Source: Bacillota bacterium (GTDB lineage Bacteria; Bacillota; Clostridia; Acetivibrionales; JANLFN01). Taken from it: DNA of 64,000 nt. The stretch spans positions 17,772-81,771 of the forward strand of contig JAUZPR010000001.1 of NCBI GenBank assembly GCA_030705825.1, read 5' to 3'. Shown here in pieces: positions 45,112 to 54,532 of the stretch. The notes below the pieces were generated by a model. That model worked only from the letters and a program-made list of their open reading frames with translations, was not told where the DNA came from and ran no database searches. Both the position numbers and the translations under genes were made by a program. Position 1 is the stretch's first letter. Every line of letters begins with the position of its first letter.

Positions 45112-46089
45112 GTGCCGGCAAAAGTAGGTATTCCAAGAAGTCTTTCATATTATCAGTTGTTTCCGCTCTGGAAAACCTTTTTTGAAGAAATGGGTGCAGA
45201 GCTTGTTGTTTCAGGCCCAACAACTAAAAAAATCCTTGATGACGGCGTGAAATGCTGCGTGGATGAAGCTTGTCTGCCTGTGAAGCTTTTTCATGGGCAT
45301 GTTGCAGATATTAAGGATAGGGTTGACTATTTGTTTATACCCAGGCTGACAAGCATCTCAAAGGGAGAGTATATATGTCCCAAATTCGGTGGCTTGCCCG
45401 ACATGGTAAGAACCTCACTGCATGGGCTTCCTGAAATAATAAGTACAGAAATCAACCTGAGAAAAAATAAAAGAAATTCATTAAAAGCTGCAATGGAAAT
45501 AGGCCATTATTTTACCGATAAGGATTCCCAAATAAAATCAGCCTATAAAAAAGCTGTGGGTTGCTACAACCTGGTAAAAGATAATTTTGAAAAAGGTTAT
45601 ATCCCGGATTTTATACGTCCGGGAAAAACAGCAGAAACCAAATCTTTAGAAAAAGATAGAAATTTAAATATTGCTCTGGTCGGACATACATATAATATTT
45701 ATGATAGTTTTGTAAATATGAATATATGGAGAAAACTTGAGAATAAAAATGCAAACATCATCACTATAGAAATGGTGGACGAAAAAGCAATAAATAGAAA
45801 TGCCAGGCAGCTTCCTAAAAAAATATTCTGGAATTACGGAAGAAAAGCTGTAGGCTCGGCTATGCATTTACTTAATGAGAAAAACCTTGATGGAGTTATT
45901 TACGTGATGTCATTTGGCTGCGGTATTGATTCATTTGTATGTGACCTGGTAGAAAGAAGAATCAGGAGAACTACAGACCTGCCTTTTATAGTTATCACTC
46001 TGGATGAGCATTCAGGAGAGGCCGGACTTGATACAAGACTTGAAGCTTTTATTGATATGGTAAGATGGAGGTGCACAGACAAAAAATGA
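45112..46089 (+). CDS. Acyl-CoA dehydratase activase-related protein (DUF2229-like)
   Basis: KVGIPRSLSYYQLFPLWKTFFEELG, CLPVKLFHGH and SFGCGIDS are typical of the 'CoA enzyme activase uncharacterised domain'. GTG 45112 after GGGGG. Confidence 0.6.
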   Translation: MPAKVGIPRSLSYYQLFPLWKTFFEEMGAELVVSGPTTKKILDDGVKCCVDEACLPVKLFHGHVADIKDRVDYLFIPRLTSISKGEYICPKFGGLPDMVRTSLHGLPEIISTEINLRKNKRNSLKAAMEIGHYFTDKDSQIKSAYKKAVGCYNLVKDNFEKGYIPDFIRPGKTAETKSLEKDRNLNIALVGHTYNIYDSFVNMNIWRKLENKNANIITIEMVDEKAINRNARQLPKKIFWNYGRKAVGSAMHLLNEKNLDGVIYVMSFGCGIDSFVCDLVERRIRRTTDLPFIVITLDEHSGEAGLDTRLEAFIDMVRWRCTDKK

Positions 46090-47183
46090 AGCTCACATTT
46101 CCACACCTGGGTAATGCGTATATAGCGGTTAAGGCTCTGTTGGATGAGCTTGGGGTTGATTATATAATACCGCCCTTCAATAATAAAAAAGCATTGGAGA
46201 TAGGAATAAAAAATTCACCTGAGTTTGCATGCCTTCCATTGAAAATTAATATCGGAAATATAATCCAGGCATACAGGGAAGGTGCTGACACTGTTTTAAT
46301 AACAGGAGGCTGCGGTCCATGCAGATTCGGCTACTATTGCGAAATGGAAAGAGAGATATTACAGGATGCGGGTTATGATATTGGATTCATAACCATTGAT
46401 GCACCGCGGGGAATAAGTTTAAAGGAATATTTTTCTCAGCTGCTCAAAATAACTAATGGAATAAATATTTACAAGATAGCGAAAGCAGTAAAAAACACAA
46501 CCGAAATAGCAATACTAGTGGACCAGCTTGAAAAGCTGACTTTCAAAATGCGTTCAATTGAAGCATGTAGAGGAGACACAGATAGCGTTTACAGGGATTT
46601 TCAGCAGGAGATACGTTTAATTAACGGTGCCCAAAGCATTAAAAAATATATTTCTCAAACCAGCCAAAAGCTTACCAATATAAGGTGCAATACCGGAATA
46701 AAACCGTTAAAGGTAGGCATTGTAGGTGAAATTTATACTACCATTGATTCCTATACGAGTTTTAACCTGGATGCCAGATTGGGTAACATGGGTGTTGAAG
46801 TAGACCGTTCGGTAACTGTCAGCAACTGGGTAGTGGAGCATATGCTGAAAAAGGTATTTCACCTTCCGCGGGACCTGAAATATGCCGAGGCTGCGAAGCC
46901 CTATCTTGGAGCAATGATAGGAGGCCACGCACAGGAGACCATAGGCAATTCGATAATGTATTCACAAAAAGGCTATGACGGAATAGTACAAATATATCCT
47001 TTGACATGCATGCCTGAAATAGTTGCTCAAAGCATACTGCCTGCTGTTGAAAATGATTACGGCATACCTGTATTGACTCTGATTATTGATGAAATGACAG
47101 GTGAAGCCGGTTATCTTACCAGATTGGAAGCATTTGTCGATTTATTGAATAAACGAAGGGAGATGGCGGCATCTGATAGGTAA
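46086..47183 (+). CDS. Second activase-related / 2-hydroxyacyl-CoA-dehydratase-D-like protein
   Basis: FPHLGNAYIAVKALLDELG, ACLPLKINIGN, GGCGPCRFGYY and YPLTCMPE. ATGA overlap with the upstream gene. Confidence 0.6.
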   Translation: MKLTFPHLGNAYIAVKALLDELGVDYIIPPFNNKKALEIGIKNSPEFACLPLKINIGNIIQAYREGADTVLITGGCGPCRFGYYCEMEREILQDAGYDIGFITIDAPRGISLKEYFSQLLKITNGINIYKIAKAVKNTTEIAILVDQLEKLTFKMRSIEACRGDTDSVYRDFQQEIRLINGAQSIKKYISQTSQKLTNIRCNTGIKPLKVGIVGEIYTTIDSYTSFNLDARLGNMGVEVDRSVTVSNWVVEHMLKKVFHLPRDLKYAEAAKPYLGAMIGGHAQETIGNSIMYSQKGYDGIVQIYPLTCMPEIVAQSILPAVENDYGIPVLTLIIDEMTGEAGYLTRLEAFVDLLNKRREMAASDR

Positions 47184-48159
47184 AACATATTATCTGGGCG
47201 TTGATGTTGGTTCGGTTAGTACAAACCTGGTTGTAATCGATGAAAATGATAATATAATTAAAAAATTATATTTGAGGACCGGCGGGCAGCCTATAGAAGC
47301 TTTACGAAAAGGTATGGAATATCTTGCCGGCCAGCTTGGAAATATTGAAATAAGAGGTGCCGGTACTACCGGCAGCGGAAGACAGCTGGCAAGCGTCATA
47401 ATTGGAGCCGACATCGTTAAAAATGAAATAACTGCCCATGCAGTGGCAGCGCAAAATTTGGTTCCCGAGGTAAAAACAATACTTGAAATAGGCGGACAGG
47501 ACTCTAAAATAATAATTTTAAAAAATGGAGTAGTTTATGATTTCGCCATGAATACCGTCTGCGCAGCAGGAACAGGTTCTTTCCTTGACAGGCAGGCCTC
47601 CAGGCTCAATATACCGATTGAAGAATTCGGCAGCTATGCTCTGCGTTCTGATTCTCCGGTAAGGATTGCAGGTAGATGTGCGGTATTTGCAGAATCCGAT
47701 ATGATACATAAACAGCAGATGGGGCACCGGGTTGATGATATAGTAAGGGGCTTGTGCCAGGCTCTGGTAAGAAATTATCTTAACAATCTTGCAAAAGGCA
47801 AGCTCATAGCCGAACCTATACTTTTCCAGGGTGGAGTAGCCGCTAATGTGGGCATTACAGCTGCCTTTGAAGAGGCACTGGGCAAAAAGGTAATAATACC
47901 TGAGTATTATGATGTTATGGGTGCATATGGAGCTGCACTTATAGCAAAAAGGAAAATGGAGAAGAGTATAGACACCAATTTTAAAGGTTTTGATGCCTGC
48001 CTGAGGGATTATTCAGCCAGGAGCAGGGAATGTTCAGGCTGCTCCAATGTATGTGAAGTTATTGAGTTGTTTTCAAATGACGAATTACTTGCAAGCTGGG
48101 GTGACAGATGCGGTAAATGGAGCAGCAGGCTGGAAGGGCGACCTTTGGTCGCCCGTTAA
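47173..48159 (+). CDS. BadF/BadG/BcrA/BcrD-type ATPase (CoA-substrate-specific enzyme activase); start codon non-canonical or unresolved
   Basis: YYLGVDVGSVSTN (phosphate-1), GTTGSGR, EIGGQDSK and a C-terminal CSGCSNVC. The conserved N-terminus lies upstream of the first ATG/GTG/TTG (47272). The frame is open from 47149. CTG 47173 lies 10 nt after GGGAG. Confidence 0.7.
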   Translation: MIGKTYYLGVDVGSVSTNLVVIDENDNIIKKLYLRTGGQPIEALRKGMEYLAGQLGNIEIRGAGTTGSGRQLASVIIGADIVKNEITAHAVAAQNLVPEVKTILEIGGQDSKIIILKNGVVYDFAMNTVCAAGTGSFLDRQASRLNIPIEEFGSYALRSDSPVRIAGRCAVFAESDMIHKQQMGHRVDDIVRGLCQALVRNYLNNLAKGKLIAEPILFQGGVAANVGITAAFEEALGKKVIIPEYYDVMGAYGAALIAKRKMEKSIDTNFKGFDACLRDYSARSRECSGCSNVCEVIELFSNDELLASWGDRCGKWSSRLEGRPLVAR

Positions 48160-48173
48160 TGGCTCTGCAGGGT

Positions 48174-50285
48174 TTATTTTGGAACATTTGTTTTAAATGT
48201 ATTGGATGTGGCTATAATCCGTCCTATTGTATCCTTTACTCCAACACTGATTTCAAGCTCACTTCCTGCCTTGTACTTGTCGGGAAGCTCTGCCGTCAGG
48301 CTTGTATCAGTTTTGAAATCAGTTTTTATCAATTTTCCGTTTATACTGATCGAGCTTGTTTGAGTAAAATTCTTTCCGCTGACGGTTATCTCGTTTTTAC
48401 CTCCGGATGAATTAAAGGAGGCTGAGTCAATTCCTATTTTTCCAAGTCCCAAATAGAAGCCGGAAGGGTCTTTTGGAGGATTATTTCCATATGAATAACC
48501 TTTGCCGAACATCATATCGTATTGAAGCTGATTAAAGTCTGCCAGCGCAGTTTCATTAAGACCAAAACTTGCATCATAGGCTTTAGCCATAGGGATAATT
48601 TTTATTCCCTTGTTGAACAATTGGTTGTCATAATCCATTATTGTATTGCCTTTAAGTCCAATTTGGTTAAATAAATCTGGTAAAAGGAAGTTTGCGCTTA
48701 AATCCATAGTCTTTTTCTCAAGACCTATATTATTCCAGACAATATATGGCGTACTGTACATCTTGTCATATTTTTCTCTTGAAGTTCCCGAGTAATAGCC
48801 TGTTTCCTTGTACGCCTGATAGTCGGCTCCAAGGTAAGGCAGATGGTCACCGTATATTATTACTATTGTAGGAGTACTTTCTTTCTGTATTTCTGTTATC
48901 AATGATTTCAATGAACTGTCAACATCACACAAGTTATCTGAATATCTTTCAATCATTTCTCTGGACGACTCGCTGATGTTACCTTGCACCGTTACATTAG
49001 CCTTATAGTTTCCACTTACCGGATAAGGCCCATGGTTTTCCATAGTTACTGCAAAAATAAATTTAGGGTCACTTCCCTGATGCAGCACATCAAGTATTTT
49101 ATTGGTTATCTCCTGATCCTTTATATAATTTTCACCCTTTTGCGGGTTGTTGAAAAATTCCGCACTATCAAAATTATCAAATCCGAAGTGCTTGTATACC
49201 TGATCCCTTTTATAGAACCAGTTCATATAGCTGTGAATTGCAGTTGCACCATAGCCGTCATCCTTTAAGGCTGTTACAGCTGTTTCCAGAGGGTTGTGTA
49301 TATATTGGTTGTAAACCAATACTCCAGGTGGTAAAAAATGTTCTGTCATTCCGGTCAGTACCTGGAATTCCGTATTTGTAGTACCGCCGCCAAAAACAGG
49401 TGTATACAGGTATCCTGACGGATATTCATTTTGCAGGGTATGAAAATAAGGTAAAGGATCCTTTGAAAATTTAACATTGGGAAGCTTTGTAATATCCCAG
49501 AAAGCTTCACTTTGTATAACAATAATGTTTGGCTTTTGGCTTGCAGTAGTTGCAGAGGCTTGAGTGCCGTTTACTATAGACGCTATTTTTTCTTTACTGT
49601 AGCCTACAGGTTTTTGTATATTCAGCCATTTAATATTCATATCAAAACCTAGAAGAAATCCATTCTGCTGGTAATTCTGCCCCTGGTCCCAGGCTATCTC
49701 CGAAAGGTTGAAAATTTTAACGGGTTTTATTGGCTTACTGTAAGTGATAGTAAATATTAGAAAGATTGAAAGCACCGGTATATAAATTCTTGAGGCTTTG
49801 AACCTTTTATCTTTAGGGAAAAACAGGAGGCCCAATACTATTCCTGCCGCCAACAGGATAACGCAAATTATTATCTTCAAAATGCTTGGATGAAGAAAAT
49901 TCTGCTGTATATTCATTCCCTCCTTACCAAGGTTGAGGTCGGAAGGCATTAAAGGTTCTCCCCTGTACATGTATTTTACTTTACTTATATATGCAGCAAT
50001 TGTAAAAACTGCTGACACAACGAAAAACAAAGTTATGTATATTTTTTTCTTGAAAATATAGAATAAGTTTACTATTCCGAATGATAAGAAATATGTCAGA
50101 ATAAACGGCTTTTTATTGTGGTATACCCATTTTAAGGTACTTACAAAACCAGCATTGCTGATAAATACCGCCGCCAGACTGAACAGCAGAGGAAGTATCA
50201 AAATAGCAGCAAGATTAATAAGACTTTCCTTGGCGTACAATTTCTTTAAGTTACCAATTATTTTTTCTTTATTCAGCTTTAGCAT
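48174..50285 (-). CDS. LTA-synthase/sulfatase-family membrane protein (phosphoglycerol-transferase-like) with a C-terminal IPT/TIG-like domain
   Basis: Five N-terminal TM segments. PNIIVIQSEAFWD, GGGTTNTEFQVLTG and YGDHLP. Confidence 0.75.
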   Translation of the reverse strand: MLKLNKEKIIGNLKKLYAKESLINLAAILILPLLFSLAAVFISNAGFVSTLKWVYHNKKPFILTYFLSFGIVNLFYIFKKKIYITLFFVVSAVFTIAAYISKVKYMYRGEPLMPSDLNLGKEGMNIQQNFLHPSILKIIICVILLAAGIVLGLLFFPKDKRFKASRIYIPVLSIFLIFTITYSKPIKPVKIFNLSEIAWDQGQNYQQNGFLLGFDMNIKWLNIQKPVGYSKEKIASIVNGTQASATTASQKPNIIVIQSEAFWDITKLPNVKFSKDPLPYFHTLQNEYPSGYLYTPVFGGGTTNTEFQVLTGMTEHFLPPGVLVYNQYIHNPLETAVTALKDDGYGATAIHSYMNWFYKRDQVYKHFGFDNFDSAEFFNNPQKGENYIKDQEITNKILDVLHQGSDPKFIFAVTMENHGPYPVSGNYKANVTVQGNISESSREMIERYSDNLCDVDSSLKSLITEIQKESTPTIVIIYGDHLPYLGADYQAYKETGYYSGTSREKYDKMYSTPYIVWNNIGLEKKTMDLSANFLLPDLFNQIGLKGNTIMDYDNQLFNKGIKIIPMAKAYDASFGLNETALADFNQLQYDMMFGKGYSYGNNPPKDPSGFYLGLGKIGIDSASFNSSGGKNEITVSGKNFTQTSSISINGKLIKTDFKTDTSLTAELPDKYKAGSELEISVGVKDTIGRIIATSNTFKTNVPK

Positions 50286-50480
50286 TTAATTTTCCCGCTT
50301 CCTTTTTATTATGACAAATAAGCTAGATTTAGAGACATAAAATTAACCCCTTTAAAAATATAATTATATTATGGAATAGTTGAGGTGGTTTTGTAAACTA
50401 TTTATTAATAGAATATTAAAAACTTGTAAAGGAAAAATCGGGAAAAGATGATAACGGATTAAATTGAACCGATATATAAA

Positions 50481-50678
50481 TTATTTATAATCATCAATTA
50501 TATCTTTCAATAAAATGTCGGAGATGATTTCAGAATCGTATTCAACAACCACCTTCCTAAGCTCTGGAATTTCATTAATACTAACTATGCCGTTTAAAGC
50601 AGCAATAGAATTCTTTACATTGTCCATTTCGCCTGATGATATTTTGTTGGTGGATAAGGATAATATTTCAATAGCCAT
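50481..50678 (-). CDS. Small hypothetical protein with an HMA/ferredoxin-like pattern but no Cys
   Basis: 65 aa. NVKNSIAALNGIVSINEIPELRKVVVEYD resembles an HMA fold, but SSGE replaces the CxxC. SD CAGGAG. Confidence 0.4.
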   Translation of the reverse strand: MAIEILSLSTNKISSGEMDNVKNSIAALNGIVSINEIPELRKVVVEYDSEIISDILLKDIIDDYK

Positions 50679-50894
50679 AATATAACTCCTGTTTAATTCC
50701 TCTTATTATTAATATATTATGGACAAAGAAATTAAAGACCTAAACAATTCAATGAAATAAATTTAGAAAAAATTGATTTATAAACAATACTTAAGGCAAA
50801 ACATACGAGTGATTTATCACAATTTGACCATATTGGAAAATACTGATATATTACTTTAGGGAATGTATATAAAAAATTAAAGGAGAAAATTAAG

Positions 50895-51131
50895 ATGTCA
50901 CAGCTTACACTTTTGCTATTTCTTATAATTGCCGTGAGTTTAATGGCAGGGTTTATTATTTTAGTATTAAGAAAAGGAATTTCAGGGGTAAAGGTTATGC
51001 TTCTTGGAATAAATATTACTTTATTGGGAGGAATACTTGCAGTTGACCCTAATTCTAATCTTGGCGGCTTTGAATACTTGATAGTACTTATAGGTTTAAT
51101 TATTTCTATCTTTGGACTAGTAAATGATTAG
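50895..51131 (+). CDS. Small membrane protein (3 TM)
   Basis: 78 aa and hydrophobic. SD AAAGGAG lies 9 nt upstream. Confidence 0.5.
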   Translation: MSQLTLLLFLIIAVSLMAGFIILVLRKGISGVKVMLLGINITLLGGILAVDPNSNLGGFEYLIVLIGLIISIFGLVND

Positions 51132-51190
51132 TAATTAGCCTACCCTTAATGGACTATCAGACTTATGAGGCAATATAAATAACAACACTT

Positions 51191-51237
51191 ATATATTGAA
51201 ACGGAAGGTTATATATTAACCTTCCGTTTCAATATAT
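51191..51237. terminator. Bidirectional terminator (long perfect palindrome)
   Basis: ATATATTGAAACGGAAGGTTA-tatat-TAACCTTCCGTTTCAATATAT. Confidence 0.85.
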
Positions 51238-51243
51238 TGCTGT

Positions 51244-53811
51244 TTATTGCACTACCCACCTGACAAGGCCTGTTTCATAGCGGTTGATCATATCCGGATG
51301 ATACGGCATTACTCTGAATGTATAGCCGTATTCACCACCGTCGTACAATTTTATGTCTGCACAATATTTATAAGTTCCATCATCAGCTTTTTCAGTCATT
51401 TGCATTTCCAGAACTTCCGGATTTTCAATTATGTTGTTTTTACCTATAAGGCCATAATATACTTCTACCTTTACATCCGCCGGGCTTATACTTCCAAGGC
51501 GGACTGAAGCATAGACCTTTACAGGTTCACCTGAAACTGAATTCAGGTCCTTGAGCTGACTGACGGATCTGTCGGCTGATATTTCCACAGAAGGCCAATT
51601 CCTTTCAATATTTTGCTTCCAGTTTGAAAGTCCGCGTGCAAGCTCATAATTACTGGATTCTATTTTGCTCATACGTCCTATAAGGGGCATATACATTTTC
51701 CCGGTATATTCCTGTACCATTCTATGGGTACTATACTGCGGCAGCAGGGATCTTATGGACTCCTTCATGATTTTTACCCACTTGACGGGAATTCCTTTTT
51801 CGTCCTTATAGTAATACGATGGTATTATTTGATTTTCAAGAGTGTCATATATTGATTCGCTATCGGCATTGTCCTGGTAAAACTCATTTCCGTAGAAGGT
51901 GTCATCACCAATAGGCCAACCGTTTTTACCGTTGTAACCTTCACACCACCAGCCGTCAAGCACACTGAAATTTACAACGCCGTTAATACAAACCTTTTGT
52001 CCGCTGGTTCCGCTTGCTTCAAGCGGACGTCTGGGATTATTAAGCCATATATCAACGCCCTGGACCAGGTTCCTTGCCAACGTCATATTATAATTTTCAA
52101 CAAGTATGACTTTACCCTTGAAACCTTCCTGCCTGGCTATATCGTGTATGTTCTTGATAATCTCGTGGGCAGGCCTGTCAGCCGGATGTGCTTTGCCGGC
52201 AAAAATAATCTGGACAGGCATATTGGGGTTATTAAGTATTCTTTGTATTCTGGCTGCATCTCTAAAAATGAGGTTTGCCCGTTTATAGGTTGCAAATCTC
52301 CTGGCAAAACCTATGGTAAGAGCATCAGGACTTAATAATGAATCAACCTCTCTAAGGCTCTCAATTGAATCTCCGTTTTCCGTTCTTTGTCCCTTAAGCC
52401 TTTGACGTAAAAAATCTATCATTTTTGATTTGAGCGCACAGTGTATTTTCCATATTTCTTCATCGGGTATCTTTTCTATGTCATCCCAGATATCTTTTTG
52501 ATATAGTTTATCCAGCCACTCGGGATTCAAATACTTGTCAAAAAGGTATTTAAAGCTTGGGGACAGCCAGGTCAGTGTATGAATACCGTTTGTGATATGT
52601 GTTATTGGGACATCTTCTTCCGGCAGGCCCGGCCATACATTGTTGAAAATATTGCGTGAAACCGCTCCGTGAAGTTCGCTTACGCCGTTCTTTTTACCGG
52701 CAAGAGTAAGCGCAAGGACTGTCATGTTGAAATTCTGGTTATCATTTATTTTTGTACCCAAGTCAAGAAATTCATGACGACTTATCCCTATTCTGTTCCA
52801 GAAATTACTGAAATATTTGTCAATCATCTGTATTGGGAAAACATCATTACCTGCAGGGACAGGTGTATGCGTTGTAAATATTACCGACGACGAAACTGTC
52901 TCCTTGGCATCCCTGAATGACAGATTCTTCTCCTGCATGTACTTTTTAATCAACTCTAGTCCAAGAAAGGCTGAATGTCCTTCATTCATATGAAATACGG
53001 AGGGTTTTAATCCCATTGTTTCAAGAACACTTACTCCGCCCATACCAAGAAAGATTTCCTGCTGTATTCTGGTTTCCTGATCGCCGCCGTAAAGTCTGGA
53101 AGTAAGAACTCTGTCTCCAGGACTGTTATCCTCAATATCAGTATCCATAAGGTAAAGAGAAATCCTTCCAACCTTTACCTCCCAAATTATGGCGTGTACC
53201 ATCCTGCCAGGAAGTTCAACACTTATTCTGGCTTGCTTGCCGTCGGGAAGAAGCACCGGCCTTATTGGCAGCTGTGAAACATTCAATTCGGGGTAATTTG
53301 TTTCCTGCCAGCCATCATGGTTTATCCGCTGGTTAAAATAGCCCTGTTTATAAAACAAGCCTATTGCAGTAAAAGGAATTCCAAGGTCACTTGCCGATTT
53401 GCAGTGGTCACCTGAAAGAACTCCCAAACCACCCGAGTAAATGGGCAAAACCTCATGAAGTCCATACTCTGCAGAAAAATAAGCAACCATACAGTTCTTA
53501 TTATCGGGGTATGTTCTGTTAAACCAGGTATCTGTATTTGCCAGATAACTGTCAAATTTTTTAACTACTTCATCATACCTTTTCATAAATCCGGAGTCAT
53601 TTAATTTTTCCTCAAGTTTCTTTTGGCTTAATTCATGCAGAAACCTAACCGGATTTTTACCCAGCTTTTCCCATAATACCAGATCTATTTCTCTGTATAA
53701 ATCAATTGCTTCGGAATTCCAGGACCACCAAAGATTATAAGCAATGTCTCTCAAGCGTGCCAATTTTTCCGGTAAAACGGAAGTGACTGTGATTTTCCCT
53801 AAAAGATACAT
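51244..53811 (-). CDS. glgP: Alpha-glucan (glycogen/maltodextrin) phosphorylase, GT35
   Basis: N-terminal LARLRDIAYNLWWSW (DUF3417-type) and EASGTSGQK (PLP-lysine region). ATG 53811 lies 6 nt after GGAGG. Confidence 0.9.
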   Translation of the reverse strand: MYLLGKITVTSVLPEKLARLRDIAYNLWWSWNSEAIDLYREIDLVLWEKLGKNPVRFLHELSQKKLEEKLNDSGFMKRYDEVVKKFDSYLANTDTWFNRTYPDNKNCMVAYFSAEYGLHEVLPIYSGGLGVLSGDHCKSASDLGIPFTAIGLFYKQGYFNQRINHDGWQETNYPELNVSQLPIRPVLLPDGKQARISVELPGRMVHAIIWEVKVGRISLYLMDTDIEDNSPGDRVLTSRLYGGDQETRIQQEIFLGMGGVSVLETMGLKPSVFHMNEGHSAFLGLELIKKYMQEKNLSFRDAKETVSSSVIFTTHTPVPAGNDVFPIQMIDKYFSNFWNRIGISRHEFLDLGTKINDNQNFNMTVLALTLAGKKNGVSELHGAVSRNIFNNVWPGLPEEDVPITHITNGIHTLTWLSPSFKYLFDKYLNPEWLDKLYQKDIWDDIEKIPDEEIWKIHCALKSKMIDFLRQRLKGQRTENGDSIESLREVDSLLSPDALTIGFARRFATYKRANLIFRDAARIQRILNNPNMPVQIIFAGKAHPADRPAHEIIKNIHDIARQEGFKGKVILVENYNMTLARNLVQGVDIWLNNPRRPLEASGTSGQKVCINGVVNFSVLDGWWCEGYNGKNGWPIGDDTFYGNEFYQDNADSESIYDTLENQIIPSYYYKDEKGIPVKWVKIMKESIRSLLPQYSTHRMVQEYTGKMYMPLIGRMSKIESSNYELARGLSNWKQNIERNWPSVEISADRSVSQLKDLNSVSGEPVKVYASVRLGSISPADVKVEVYYGLIGKNNIIENPEVLEMQMTEKADDGTYKYCADIKLYDGGEYGYTFRVMPYHPDMINRYETGLVRWVVQ

Positions 53812-54147
53812 ATACAACCTCCAAAATGATGATTATTAATGCCAATAAACTGTCATTTTTACTAAAGCTGCAACAGCAACTCAATTAATTATTATTATCC
53901 ATTAATAAAAGAATAATATTAAAAATAAGTAAAAAATAATATTATATCTTATCATGTTTATAATAACATAATAGTTAATAAATTGGCAGTATTTATAATA
54001 TTTACCCTAAACAGCCTGTACAAAATCATGGATTCTTAAAAAACGGGGAATTATAAATATCAGATCCGGTCCAACAAATGGAGCGGATCTTAAGCAATAG
54101 GTGAATTTATGTGATAACAAATAAAAAAATACAAAGGAGCCGATCTT

Positions 54148-54279
54148 ATGGAGCAAAAAATGAAAAGCAAGGATCATCCATGGGATGATAATCTTCCCGG
54201 AAACAAAAAGTATATTAAAAAATTCTATAAGAAGTCTGAAAAGGAGATTAAACGGCAGGAAGGTGAGTCAAAGATATAA
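54148..54279 (+). CDS. Unannotated 43-aa Lys-rich small protein
   Basis: MEQKMKSKDHPWDDNLPGNKKYIKKFYKKSEKEIKRQEGESKI. SD AAAGGAG lies 8 nt upstream and a terminator 20 nt downstream. It is below the track's 60-aa cutoff. Confidence 0.5.
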   Translation: MEQKMKSKDHPWDDNLPGNKKYIKKFYKKSEKEIKRQEGESKI

Positions 54280-54299
54280 TACGCTGTATCATATTTATT

Positions 54300-54327
54300 G
54301 AAAGGACAATCAAGTCCTTTCTTTTTA
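54300..54327 (+). terminator. Rho-independent terminator after the small ORF
   Basis: GAAAGGAC pairs with GTCCTTTC, followed by TTTTT. Confidence 0.75.
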
Positions 54328-54532
54328 TTTACAGCTGTTTTACTATATATTTTATAAGAGATATCCAAGTTAAATATTAAATTTTTATAAATAATTGTAT
54401 ATTTTTATTTAAAAGTCGACCAAAATCTATTATTATATACTTGGTATGCTTGTAAGATTGCTAAACTGGCTTTATATAAACTTATATTTTTGAGCATTTA
54501 ATATATAAATTAATTTGTAGGGGGTTTCCCTT

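Noticed and set aside
47272-47274. TTG 47272 as the start of the activase ATPase, as in the ORF track
   Set aside because: It would remove the YYLGVDVGSVSTN nucleotide-binding loop, which is encoded in the same open frame upstream. See the finding on the non-canonical start.
48117-48410. 97-aa plus-strand ORF after the activase gene
   Set aside because: It overlaps the 3' end of the minus-strand LtaS-family gene, has no SD, and gives a Cys/Phe-rich nonsense-like translation.
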